Assembly: GCA_963749075.1 (NCBI GenBank) | Contig: CAVVLJ010000021.1 | Location: forward strand, 448,001 to 512,000 | DNA length: 64,000 bases | Reading direction: 5' to 3' | Source: an uncultured Pseudomonadota bacterium | Lineage (GTDB): Bacteria; Pseudomonadota; Alphaproteobacteria; JACZXZ01 | Part shown: piece by piece, positions 42,401 to 51,595 of the stretch | Numbering within the stretch: the stretch's first letter is position 1 | Layout: each line of letters starts with the position of its first letter | The notes under the pieces: generated by a model | Told to the model about the DNA's origin: nothing | Databases searched by the model: none | What the model saw: the letters and a program-made list of their open reading frames with translations, nothing else | Translations under genes and position numbers: made by a program

Positions 42401-43507
42401 GTGACCAGCGTCGCCGTCGAGCGCAAAACGAGCTCGCCCCCGGCAAGGAGCAGGCCGAGACCGGCGCAGAGGAGACTCGCGCTCTTCGGCCTGGCTCTCG
42501 CGCTCGGGCTTGGTGCGGCCTGGTACGGCTACGACTGGTGGACGGCCGGGCGCTTCATGGAGAGCACCGACGATGCCTATGTCGGCGGCGACGTGACCGC
42601 CATCTCGCCGCACGTGGCGGGCTTCGTCTCGCAGATCCTGGTCACGGACAACCAGCATGTGCAGGCGGGACAGCTCCTCATCCGCCTCGACGATCGGGAT
42701 TTTCAGGCGGCCCTCGACCGCGCGGACGCGGTCGTGCGGCAGCGGGCCGCCGCACTTGCCGGCATGCAGGAAAAATACGTGCTCCAGCAATCCGTCATCC
42801 GCCAGGCAGCAGCAGGACTTGCGGCGAATGCGGCGAAGGCCGGTTTCGCGGGCGAGGACGCCGTGCGCTACAGCAGCATGGCGCGCACGGGCGCCGGGTC
42901 GCAGCAGAATGCCGAAAGGGCCGTCGCGGTCGATCGGGAAACGCGCTCCACCGTCCTCTCGTCGCAGGCGGCGCTCGACTCCGCGAGGCAACAGCTCGCC
43001 GTCTTGGACGCGGAGATCGGCGAAGCCCGCGCCGCCCTGGCGGAGGCCGAGGCCGCCCTCCGCACCGCCCGCCTCAATCTCGGCTACGCAGAGGTCCGCT
43101 CGCCGATCGAGGGCTACGTCGGCAATCGCTCCGCCCAGGCCGGCGCCTACGTCTCCGAAGGCGCCTATCTGCTGACGGTCATTCCGGCGCACGGCCTGTG
43201 GGTCGATGCGAACTTCAAGGAGGACCAGCTGCGGCGGTTGGCCCCGGGGCAGTCCGCGACGGTCGTCGCGGACGTCATGCCGGGGCACGCCTTTCGCGGC
43301 CGCGTCGAGAGCCTTGCCCCGGGCACGGGCGCCATCTTCAGCGTCATCCCGCCGGAGAACGCGACCGGCAATTTCACCAAGATCGTCCAGCGCGTCCCCG
43401 TCCGCATCGAGCTCGATGCCCGCGATGCGGTGCTCGGCAGGCTCCGGCCTGGGCTGTCGACGACCGTGAGCGTGGACACGCGGTCCGAGCCTAGGGGCGG
43501 ACGGTGA
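42401..43507 (+). CDS. HlyD/EmrA family efflux membrane fusion protein
   Basis: STDDAYV, ANFKE and PPENATGNFTKIVQRVPVRI motifs. Confidence 0.92.
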   Translation: MTSVAVERKTSSPPARSRPRPAQRRLALFGLALALGLGAAWYGYDWWTAGRFMESTDDAYVGGDVTAISPHVAGFVSQILVTDNQHVQAGQLLIRLDDRDFQAALDRADAVVRQRAAALAGMQEKYVLQQSVIRQAAAGLAANAAKAGFAGEDAVRYSSMARTGAGSQQNAERAVAVDRETRSTVLSSQAALDSARQQLAVLDAEIGEARAALAEAEAALRTARLNLGYAEVRSPIEGYVGNRSAQAGAYVSEGAYLLTVIPAHGLWVDANFKEDQLRRLAPGQSATVVADVMPGHAFRGRVESLAPGTGAIFSVIPPENATGNFTKIVQRVPVRIELDARDAVLGRLRPGLSTTVSVDTRSEPRGGR

Positions 43508-45069
43508 CGGGCGAGCCGCAGTCCGCGGGCTGGGCGAGGAGCATCCTCCCCTTCGTGGTCATGTGCGTCGGCATGTTCATCGCACTGCTGGACATCCAGA
43601 TCGTCGCCTCGTCGCTCCAGGACATCGGCGGCGGGCTCTCCGCGGCCCAGGACCAGATCAGCTGGGTACAGACCGCGTATCTCATCGCCGAGATCATCGT
43701 GATCCCGCTCTCGGGCTGGCTGACGCGCGTCTTCTCCACGCGCTGGCTGTTCACCGCCTCCGCCGCCGGCTTCACCGTGGCGAGCATGCTCTGCGGGCTG
43801 GCCTGGAACATCGAGAGCATGATCCTCTTCCGCGCCCTTCAGGGGCTCCTCGGCGCCTCCATGATCCCGACCGTCTTCACCTCCTCGTTCCACTATTTCC
43901 AGGGTCAGTACCGCGTCTATTCCGCGGCCGTGATCGGCACCATCGCGTCGGTCGCCCCGACCTTGGGGCCCGTGATCGGCGGCTGGATCACCGATACGCT
44001 CGACTGGCATTGGCTCTTCTACATCAATCTCGCTCCGGGTCTCGCCATCACGGTCCTCGTCCCGCTTCTCGTCAAGATCGACGAGGCGGATCTCTCGCTC
44101 CTCAAGGAGGCGGACTATCCCGGCATCGTCCTCATGGCCATCGCCCTCGGCAATCTCGAATATGTGCTGGAGGAGGGCGCGCGGTGGAACTGGCTCGACG
44201 ACGAGGTCATCAGGACGTCAGCACTCGTAGCCGCCATCGCCGGCATCCTCTTCGTGCTCCGCAGCCTGACCTTCGCGCGACCCGTCGTCGACCTCCGCGC
44301 GCTCGGGAACCGCAACTTCGCGCTGGGCTGCGTGCTCTCCTTCATCACCGGGATCGGCATCTTCTCGACCATCTACCTGACGCCGCTCTTTCTCGGCTAT
44401 GTGCGCGGCTTCAGCGCCTGGCAGACCGGCATCGCGATCTTCTCGACGGGTGCCGCCTCGCTGGCGGGCGTCCCCGTCTACATCGTGCTCGCCCGCAAGT
44501 TCGACATGCGCTGGCTCATGATGTTCGGGCTCGCCTCCTTCGGGCTCTCGATGTGGAGCTTCAGCTTCATAACCCACGACTGGGGCGCTTGGGAGCTCCT
44601 TCTGCCGCAGGTCTTCCGGGGTTTCCCTCAGGTCTTCGCCGTGGCGCCGAGCGTCAATCTCGGCCTCGGCAGCCTGCCGCCCGAGCGGCTCAAATACGCG
44701 AGCGGCCTCTTCAACATGATGCGCAATCTCGGCGGTGCCGTCGGCATCGCGGTCTCCGGCGCCATCCTCAACGACCGGACCAATTTCCACTTCCTCGCCA
44801 TCGCCTCCCGCCTGACGCCGGCCAACGGTGCCATGGAGAGGCTGCTGGACGGCATGGCGCAGCGTCACGGCGCCATCCTCGGCGGCGCTTCGGCAGGGCA
44901 TGCCGCGGCTCTCAAGCAGCTCTGGCAGCTCGCCTACCGCGAGGCGTCGACGATGGCTTATGCCGATGCCTTCCGCGCCATCCTCATCGCCTTTATCGTC
45001 GCCACCATCCTGGTGCCGCTCTTGCGCAACGTCGCGGCGTCCAAAACGCCGGCGGCGAACGCCCACTGA
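43504..45069 (+). CDS. DHA2/EmrB family MFS efflux permease
   Basis: LDIQIV, WVQTAYL, APTLGPVIGG and FNMMRNLGGAVG motifs. Confidence 0.92.
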   Translation: MTGEPQSAGWARSILPFVVMCVGMFIALLDIQIVASSLQDIGGGLSAAQDQISWVQTAYLIAEIIVIPLSGWLTRVFSTRWLFTASAAGFTVASMLCGLAWNIESMILFRALQGLLGASMIPTVFTSSFHYFQGQYRVYSAAVIGTIASVAPTLGPVIGGWITDTLDWHWLFYINLAPGLAITVLVPLLVKIDEADLSLLKEADYPGIVLMAIALGNLEYVLEEGARWNWLDDEVIRTSALVAAIAGILFVLRSLTFARPVVDLRALGNRNFALGCVLSFITGIGIFSTIYLTPLFLGYVRGFSAWQTGIAIFSTGAASLAGVPVYIVLARKFDMRWLMMFGLASFGLSMWSFSFITHDWGAWELLLPQVFRGFPQVFAVAPSVNLGLGSLPPERLKYASGLFNMMRNLGGAVGIAVSGAILNDRTNFHFLAIASRLTPANGAMERLLDGMAQRHGAILGGASAGHAAALKQLWQLAYREASTMAYADAFRAILIAFIVATILVPLLRNVAASKTPAANAH

Positions 45070-45110
45070 CGGGGCGGGCTCGTTCGCCAGGCAGCCTCGA
45101 GGAGATCGCC

Positions 45111-45813
45111 ATGACCGCCATTCCCTACCGCACCGCCCTCATCATCGGAACCGGGCCGGGCATCAGCGCATCCGTGGCGCGCGCGCTCGCCTCAGCCGGT
45201 CTCAAGCTCGGATTGGCGGCGCGCAACGCGGCCAAGCTGGCGCCGCTTGCCGCCGAGACCGGCGCCGAGACGTTCGCCGTGGACGCCGCCGATCCCGCCG
45301 CGGTCAAGCGCCTCTTCGAGGAGGCGGACGAGGCGGCTCGGGGAGCCCGATGTCGTGCTCTACAACGCGAGCGCCCGCGCGCCCGGTCCCTTGGCCGAGC
45401 TCGACCCGGAAGCCGTGCGGGCCGCCATCGCGGTCTCGGCCTACGGCGGCTTCCTCGCCGTCCAGCAGGCGGCGCGGAGAATGACGCCGCATGGCCGGGG
45501 CGCCATCCTCTTGACCGGTGCCAGCGCCAGCGTGAAGGGCTTTGCCCTCTCGGCCGCCTTTGCCATGGGGAAGTTCGCCTTGCGCGGCCTCGCCCAGAGC
45601 GCTGCGCGCGAGCTTGGCCCGCAGGGCATCCATGTCGCGCATTTCGTCATCGACGGCGGGGTGCGCAGCGCGCGGCGCCCCGATCCGGCGGAGCGGCCGG
45701 ACAGCACGCTCGATCCCGACGCCATCGCGGAGAGCTATCTCGCCGTCCTGCGGCAGCCGCGCAGCGCCTGGTCGCTGGAGGTCGAGCTCAGGCCCTGGGT
45801 CGAGCGGTTCTGA
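45111..45813 (+). pseudogene. SDR family oxidoreductase, frameshifted near 45330
   Basis: IIGTGPGIS N-terminus in one frame; GEPDVVLYNA...FAMGKFALR...HFVIDG in the next. Confidence 0.8.
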
Positions 45814-45837
45814 TGGCCGGCGCGTAGGCAGCGCCCG

Positions 45838-46467
45838 TCACGGAAAAGGCTCTTTGCGCAGGTTGAAGGCGATGGAGATGCGCGGCTGGTCGCCGCGGTG
45901 GGCAAAGACCATGTGGGGCACGTAGCTCGGGAAGAGGACCATCATGCCGGGAACGGGATGGACGTAGACGCTGGTGCGGATGAGCCCTGGGAAAAAGGTG
46001 CTGTCGCGCGAGAGGAACGGATCGATGATCTGGAGCGGCGTCGCGGGGCCGCTCTCGCCCGTCGGATTGCCGGCGTCGACATAGTAGGTGCCCGACCAGG
46101 TGGCGCCGGGATGGGTGTGGGTCTTGTTGAAATCGCCGGCGCGGTTGACGTTGGCCCAGGCCTGGAACGTCCAGGCGAACTCCGCGGGCTGGCGGCCATA
46201 GGCTACGAGAAGCTGCGTCGTGGCATGGTTGGCCATCTTGACGAAGCGCTCGACGAGGCTCTGGCCGGGCGGCCCCAGCCACTCGAGCGTCCCGGTCTCG
46301 GAATGCCAGCCGCCGATGTTGCTCTTGGAGCGGCCGTGGCTGTCCTGCTCTTGCGCGAGGATGCGGCGGCAGAGCTCGCTGTTGAGCTCGCCCACGTCCG
46401 GCCACACGAAGCACATGACGGGTGTCGGGAAGCAGTAATCGAGACAGGCGCCTTCCAGTTCGGCCAT
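45838..46467 (-). CDS. putative 2OG-Fe(II) oxygenase (TIGR02466-like)
   Basis: FPTP, SNIGGWHS, WANVN, HTH, SGTYY, LFPSYVPHMV and RISIAFN motifs. Confidence 0.85.
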   Translation of the reverse strand: MAELEGACLDYCFPTPVMCFVWPDVGELNSELCRRILAQEQDSHGRSKSNIGGWHSETGTLEWLGPPGQSLVERFVKMANHATTQLLVAYGRQPAEFAWTFQAWANVNRAGDFNKTHTHPGATWSGTYYVDAGNPTGESGPATPLQIIDPFLSRDSTFFPGLIRTSVYVHPVPGMMVLFPSYVPHMVFAHRGDQPRISIAFNLRKEPFP

Positions 46468-46475
46468 CGCGGCGG

Positions 46476-46511
46476 CTCCAAAATCCTCTCCAAAATCCTC
46501 TCCAAAATCCT
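46476..46511. repeat. 3 x 12-bp tandem repeat (ctccaaaatcct)
   Basis: Read directly; lies immediately upstream of the oxygenase start on the minus strand. Confidence 0.85.
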
Positions 46512-46838
46512 CCGGCGCCGCATCATGCGGCCTCGGGTGCTCCGGCGGAAGAGGGATGACGATCGAGGGCGAGGCGGGATCGCCCGAGGCCGGCGGGCAT
46601 GGACGGCGCCGCCGTCCGCGCTCCTTGCCTCGCCGCGAGGACGCGCCTAAGATGTCGAAGCCGCCAGGACTGCAACTTCGCAGAGTCTGGTCCTGGCGGC
46701 TTCGAGCACTCTGAGGTAGGATGTTGACACGATTGAGCGCAGAGGCGCGGTCCACCTTCTCGCGTGAGGTTGGGAAAATCATAGCAGACTGCGGCTTTCC
46801 GCGCGACCCCCAATCGGCCTCCCAGGCGGCTTGGCGCT

Positions 46839-47495
46839 CTAGTCGCCGCGGATCTCGCGCGCGGCGCGCCTCAGGATCTCGGCGATGCGGCGCTGCTCCT
46901 CGGCCGGCCCGTCGAGCCTCTCGGCGAGCGTCGCCCGGAGCTCGCGGCGCGCTTGGCGCAGCTCCGCGGCGGTCGCGTGGCGGCCGTCCTCGGCCTCCTC
47001 GGCACTACCGTCCGGTGCCGTCTCGTCGCCGGCAAAGGCACGGCGCACGCGCTCCATGCGGCGGCCGATCCAGGCGAGCTGGCCCAGCATCGACTGGGCG
47101 ATCTCACGGTTCTCCTCGAGATGGGCGCGCCCGCTCTCGGTGATGCGGTAGAGCTTCTTGGCGCCCTCGGCCTCGACGGTGGCGTGGCCGATCTCCTCGA
47201 GATAGGTGAGGGCGGGATAGACCATGCCCGGGCTCGGGCTGTAGAAGCCGCCCGAGCGCTCCTCGAGCGCCTTGATGAGCTCGTAGCCGTGCCGCGGCTC
47301 CTCGGCCAGGAGTGCCAGGATGACGAGCTGCAGGTCGCCCGAGGCGAGCTTGCGCCCGGCGCCGAAGCCGCGCGCGCCCCGCCCCACCCCGCCGGCGAAG
47401 CCGCCGATGAAGCGGCCGAAGCCGCGCTCGCCGCGATGGCGCCCCATGCAGCCGCGCTCGCCGTGATCGCGCCCGTGTTCGTGGTGACGATGCAT
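46839..47495 (-). CDS. PadR family transcriptional regulator (YqjI-like)
   Basis: His/Gly-rich N-terminus, PRHGYELIK...YSPSPGMVYPAL and KKLYRIT motifs. Confidence 0.92.
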   Translation of the reverse strand: MHRHHEHGRDHGERGCMGRHRGERGFGRFIGGFAGGVGRGARGFGAGRKLASGDLQLVILALLAEEPRHGYELIKALEERSGGFYSPSPGMVYPALTYLEEIGHATVEAEGAKKLYRITESGRAHLEENREIAQSMLGQLAWIGRRMERVRRAFAGDETAPDGSAEEAEDGRHATAAELRQARRELRATLAERLDGPAEEQRRIAEILRRAAREIRGD

Positions 47496-47523
47496 GATAT
47501 CCTCTCTGATGTGATCGTTAAAC

Positions 47524-47537
47524 ATATCGTACGATAT
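47524..47537. promoter_or_regulatory. perfect palindrome ATATCGTACGATAT, candidate PadR operator
   Basis: 14-bp palindrome just upstream of padR, with a further AGATATC half-site nearby. Confidence 0.6.
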
Positions 47538-47660
47538 AGTGTAAGATATCTAGTTGTCAAGAAAAAAGATCGAGGGGATTGCAGCTCGCGCGGGACTTGT
47601 CGCCGTGAGTGGGATCGGTGATCTTGAGCAGCCAGCGCAGCACCTCTCGCGGGAGGTTTC

Positions 47661-48146
47661 ATGAAGGCGGCTGATTTCATCGCTCGGCACTGGAAGATTT
47701 GGGGCGGGCTCGGGCTTTACGCCAAGTTCGAGCATGTCGTGGCTGCCGTCCTTGTCGTCATGATCTCGGCGCTCATCGTCGCCGCGATGCTGAGTCTGGC
47801 CCTCGATGTCGCCCGCCTTCTTGCCGGCGGGCTCGATGCGCTCAAGGACGCCGGCATCGAGGAGATCTTCGGCCGCATCATGACGGTGCTCATCGCCCTC
47901 GAGTTCAACCTCTCGATCGCGCAAGTGCTGGAGCATCACGGCCACCTGGTGCAGGTGCGCACCGTCGTGCTCGTCGCCATCCTCGCCGTCGCGCGCAAGT
48001 TCATCATCATCGATCTGGAGGCGATGAGCTGGGAAGCGCTCATCGCACTCGCGGTCGTTATTGCCGCACTGGGCGCCACCTATTGGGTGCTCGCCGCAAC
48101 GGTGCGCAAGCAGCAAGCCGGCCCCGGCCGCCATGGTGAGAATTAG
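47661..48146 (+). CDS. phosphate-starvation-inducible PsiE family membrane protein
   Basis: IFGRIMTVLIALEF and AILAVARKFII motifs. Confidence 0.85.
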   Translation: MKAADFIARHWKIWGGLGLYAKFEHVVAAVLVVMISALIVAAMLSLALDVARLLAGGLDALKDAGIEEIFGRIMTVLIALEFNLSIAQVLEHHGHLVQVRTVVLVAILAVARKFIIIDLEAMSWEALIALAVVIAALGATYWVLAATVRKQQAGPGRHGEN

Positions 48147-48182
48147 CGCCGGCCGCGGGAGGCGGATTGAAGAGCCGCCGCC

Positions 48183-49106
48183 ATGAGCGTCGCCAAGAGC
48201 GTACTCGTCAGCATCGTCATGCCCGCCTTCCAGGCGCGCGCGACCATTGCCGCCGCCGCAGCCAGCGTCGTGGCGCAGAGCCATCGCGAGTGGGAGCTCC
48301 TCATCGTCGCCGACGACGGCAGCGATTATGCGCACGTGCTGCGGCAGGCCGGCATCGCCGACGCGCGCCTGCGCTTTTTCGCGAGCCCGGCTCCCGGCAG
48401 CGGCCCGGCGGCGGCGCGCAATTTAGCACAGCGCCACGCGGCGGGCGCCCTCGTGACGCGTCTCGATGCCGACGACCTCTATGAGCCGGAGCGCCTAAAA
48501 GTCCTGGTGCCGCTTGCGCTGCGCCACGGCGTTGCCGCCGACAATGGCGTGGCATTCGAGGACGGCGGGCGGGAGCTCGGCACGCTGCTGCCGCGCGGCG
48601 AGGGCAGCGCGGCCGTGGGCCCCCTCGAGCTCATGGTCTCGCCCTTTTCCTGGTGTCTCGTCTTCCGCCGCGAGCTCTTGCCGGCGTGGGACGAGGACGT
48701 GCCCTTCGCCGAGGACGTCCTCTTCAACGCGCGCGCCTTCGAGGAGTGCCAGGCACTCCCCGTCGATCGCCGCGTGCTGTGGCGCTATCGCGTGGCGGCG
48801 CGCTCGCTCTCCCACGGTGCAGGTGCTGCCGAGCGCGCCGAGGCGGGCTATGCCCGCCTGCTGGCCGAGTGCGCCGCCGGGGCGCCGCGCTTCGAGAAGC
48901 CGGCGCTGCAGGAGACCTGGTGCCGGGCGCTGGCGGAGAAGCGCGCGCTCAACCGCAAATTCGCCGCCGTCTTCGCGGCCGGACAAGCGGCGAGCTTCCA
49001 GGAATGGGCATTCGCGCGCACCGCTGCCGCCGCCGCCGGTCCTCGAGGCGGGGCAGAGGGGCGCGCGCTCAATCGAACTCGAAGGCCACGTCGCGCGGGC
49101 GCTTGA
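48183..49106 (+). CDS. glycosyltransferase family 2
   Basis: VSIVMPAF, DDGSD, GPAAARN, LDADD and ED motifs. Confidence 0.85.
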   Translation: MSVAKSVLVSIVMPAFQARATIAAAAASVVAQSHREWELLIVADDGSDYAHVLRQAGIADARLRFFASPAPGSGPAAARNLAQRHAAGALVTRLDADDLYEPERLKVLVPLALRHGVAADNGVAFEDGGRELGTLLPRGEGSAAVGPLELMVSPFSWCLVFRRELLPAWDEDVPFAEDVLFNARAFEECQALPVDRRVLWRYRVAARSLSHGAGAAERAEAGYARLLAECAAGAPRFEKPALQETWCRALAEKRALNRKFAAVFAAGQAASFQEWAFARTAAAAAGPRGGAEGRALNRTRRPRRAGA

Positions 49107-49830
49107 TCAGGCTCTCTCCGCCGTCGAGATAGAGGATGTTGCCGGTCATCGACGGCGTCGCCAGGATGAAGCGCAGCGCCAGCACGATGTCCTCGGTCGT
49201 GCTGCTGCGGCCGAGCGGCGTTGCGCGCCAGGCGCGCGCGAACTGCTCCTCGCTCTGCTCGCCGCTCGGAAGCGTAATGCCCGGCGCTATGCCGCATACC
49301 CGGATCGCCGGCGCCAGCGCCACCGCCAGCGTCTCGGTGAGGCCGAGGAGGCCGAGCTTGCTGATCGTGTAGGAGAAGTAGTCCGGATTGAGGTTGCGGA
49401 TCTTCTGGTCGAGCATGTTGACGATGACGTTGTCGCCGCCGCCCTCGGCATGCGCGGCGAAGGACTTGGCGAGGAAGGCGGGCGCCGCCAGGTTCGGCCC
49501 CAGGTGCCGCGCCCAGCTCTCGGCCGAGACGCTGGCGACGGTGTCGCGCTCGAAGGTCGAGGCGTTGTTGACGAGGCAGCGGAGCGGGCGCCCGTGGGCG
49601 AGGCAGCGGGGCACCAGCTTCTCCGCCTCCTCGATGCTGCCGAGATCGGCCTTGAGCGGGATGCAGTCGCCGCCCGCCAGCACCACCTCCTCCGCGAGCT
49701 CGGCCGCGGCGCGCTCGGAGCGGCGATAATGGACGAAGACCAGCCGGCCGTCGGCGGCGAGTGCCTTCACGATGGCGGCACCCACGCGCCGCGCCCCGCC
49801 GGTCACCAGTGCCGCGTCGCCCGTGCCCAC
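49069..49830 (-). CDS. SDR oxidoreductase, pteridine reductase-like
   Basis: TGGARRVG, NNAS and YTISK motifs; adjacent to folB. Confidence 0.88.
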   Translation of the reverse strand: MGTGDAALVTGGARRVGAAIVKALAADGRLVFVHYRRSERAAAELAEEVVLAGGDCIPLKADLGSIEEAEKLVPRCLAHGRPLRCLVNNASTFERDTVASVSAESWARHLGPNLAAPAFLAKSFAAHAEGGGDNVIVNMLDQKIRNLNPDYFSYTISKLGLLGLTETLAVALAPAIRVCGIAPGITLPSGEQSEEQFARAWRATPLGRSSTTEDIVLALRFILATPSMTGNILYLDGGESLIKRPRDVAFEFD

Positions 49831-49834
49831 GCGC

Positions 49835-50287
49835 CTATCGCCCGGCGGCCTTGCGCGCGCGGCGCAGGCGGTAGAGCTCGACGCCGGCGCCGGCCGCCTC
49901 GTTGAAGATGTCCGGCTTCATGAGCGAGACCCGGCAGGCCTCCACCTGCGGGTTGCGGAAGGCGAGGCGGATGAGCTCCTCGGCCAAGGCCTCGAGCAGC
50001 GGCACGTGGCGCCGGCGCCGCCATTTCTTGAGCTCGGCGCGGATCTCGTCGTAGTCGATCGCGGGCTTGGCGGAGCGCCTGCCGCGGCTCCCGGCCGGCA
50101 GATGGGCGAAGAGCTCGACGTTGACGATGAGCCTCGCCGGCCGCTCCGGATGGCGCTCCCAGGGATGCAGGCCCACCTGCACCTCCACCTCGACGTCGCG
50201 GAGGATTACGCGCGTGTAGTCCTTGGCGCCGTCCCAGAGGGCGCCCTCGTCGGACCGCCGCGCGCTCGCCGCATCGCTCTTCGCCAT
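49835..50287 (-). CDS. folB: dihydroneopterin aldolase
   Basis: VGLHPWER, IDY, LLEALAE and KPDIFNEAAGAGVEL motifs. Confidence 0.85.
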   Translation of the reverse strand: MAKSDAASARRSDEGALWDGAKDYTRVILRDVEVEVQVGLHPWERHPERPARLIVNVELFAHLPAGSRGRRSAKPAIDYDEIRAELKKWRRRRHVPLLEALAEELIRLAFRNPQVEACRVSLMKPDIFNEAAGAGVELYRLRRARKAAGR

Positions 50288-50299
50288 GACTCCTGCAAT

Positions 50300-50440
50300 C
50301 CCCCTCTCCTCCTTTAGGAGGAGAGGGTGGGGGTGAGGAGGTGATCTGGCAAGGCATTTCGCCACCCGCGTAAGCACGCAAGCGCCGAGCCAGCTCAGGC
50401 TCCCGCCCTCTCGTCCTCTCCTCCTGAAGGAGGAGAGGAA
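50300..50440. repeat. inverted pair of REP-like palindromes enclosing an ~55 bp spacer
   Basis: cccctctcctcctttaggaggagagggtgggggtgaggaggt ... cctctcctcctgaaggaggagagg; same family as 16819-16990. Confidence 0.75.
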
Positions 50441-50449
50441 TGAGGGAGC

Positions 50450-51595
50450 CTATTCCTGGTTGAGGAGCGGCTCGACGATGAGGGCGCCCGTCTTAAATCG
50501 GCGCGGACTGAGCTGGCTGAGGATGGGGTCGTTGGTGTCGCCGTCGAGCACGAGGGCCGCCATCATGCGCCCGACCGCCGGCGAGGTCATGAAGCCGCGA
50601 TAGGAGGAGACCGCGACGAAGACGCCCTCGACCTCCGTCTCGCCGAGGATGGGCTGCATGTCGGGCGTCACGCTGGAGACGCCGCCCCAGGTGCGCAAGA
50701 CCGGCACGGCGGCGAGGCCGGGCAGGAGGTCCACGATCTTTGGCGCCGCATAGGCGAGGAAATCCGGCGTGGAGGCGATGTCGTGCCCCTCGCGCGCGCG
50801 CGCCACGATGAAGATGATGGAGCCTCGCCCGACCTGGTTGACCGAGATGTGGTGCTCGAGCGAGACGATGATCGGCCGCACCATCGGCTTGCAGGGGGTC
50901 GTCACGATGCCTTCCTTGGGCAGGCTCGCGACCGGGAGCTCGGCGCCGAGGGGCGCCAGGAGCTCGGGCACCGCCCAATCGGTGCAGAGCAGCACCTTCT
51001 TGGCCTCGATGCGCTCGGCGCCGAGCTGCGCCGAGAAGCCTCGGCCGGAGCGCTCGAGGCGCTCGACGCGCGTGCCGTAGCGCACCTCTACCCCCTCGCG
51101 CCGGCACGCCTTGAGGAGGGCGTCGAGCCAGAGAAAGGGCGAGGCGGTGCCGTCCTTGTTGCAGAAGGAGCCGCCCACGAGGTGCTGCCGTCCGAGGGAC
51201 GGCACCATCTTGATACAGTCGTCGGCATCGAGGAGCGTGCTCGGCACGCCGAGCTCGTGCTGCTTGGGCAAGACCGAGCCGAGCGTCGCGAAGGCCTTCT
51301 CGCTGTGCGCCAGCACGAGATAGCCGTCCTGCTTGAGCTCGAAGCCGCGCGGATAGTCGAGCTCCTCCTCGGCCCTCTCGAAGAAGGCAATGCCCTCCTG
51401 GCAGAGGCGGATGTTGAGCTCGAGGCCCCACTGCATGCGGAAGCCGGCGCCGTTGCGCCCGGAGGCGCCGCTCGCGAACTCGCCCTCGTCGACCACCAGG
51501 ATGCGGGCACCGCTCCGCCGCCGCGCCATCCACCAGGCGCAGGAGAGGCCATAGGCGCCGGCGCCGACAACGAGCACGTCAACGCCGCCGTTCAT
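50450..51595 (-). CDS. FAD-dependent oxidoreductase (DAO family; opine oxidase B / HcnC-like)
   Basis: VVGAGAYG, ASGRNGAG, TPDMQPILG and GFMTSPAVG motifs. Confidence 0.85.
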   Translation of the reverse strand: MNGGVDVLVVGAGAYGLSCAWWMARRRSGARILVVDEGEFASGASGRNGAGFRMQWGLELNIRLCQEGIAFFERAEEELDYPRGFELKQDGYLVLAHSEKAFATLGSVLPKQHELGVPSTLLDADDCIKMVPSLGRQHLVGGSFCNKDGTASPFLWLDALLKACRREGVEVRYGTRVERLERSGRGFSAQLGAERIEAKKVLLCTDWAVPELLAPLGAELPVASLPKEGIVTTPCKPMVRPIIVSLEHHISVNQVGRGSIIFIVARAREGHDIASTPDFLAYAAPKIVDLLPGLAAVPVLRTWGGVSSVTPDMQPILGETEVEGVFVAVSSYRGFMTSPAVGRMMAALVLDGDTNDPILSQLSPRRFKTGALIVEPLLNQE

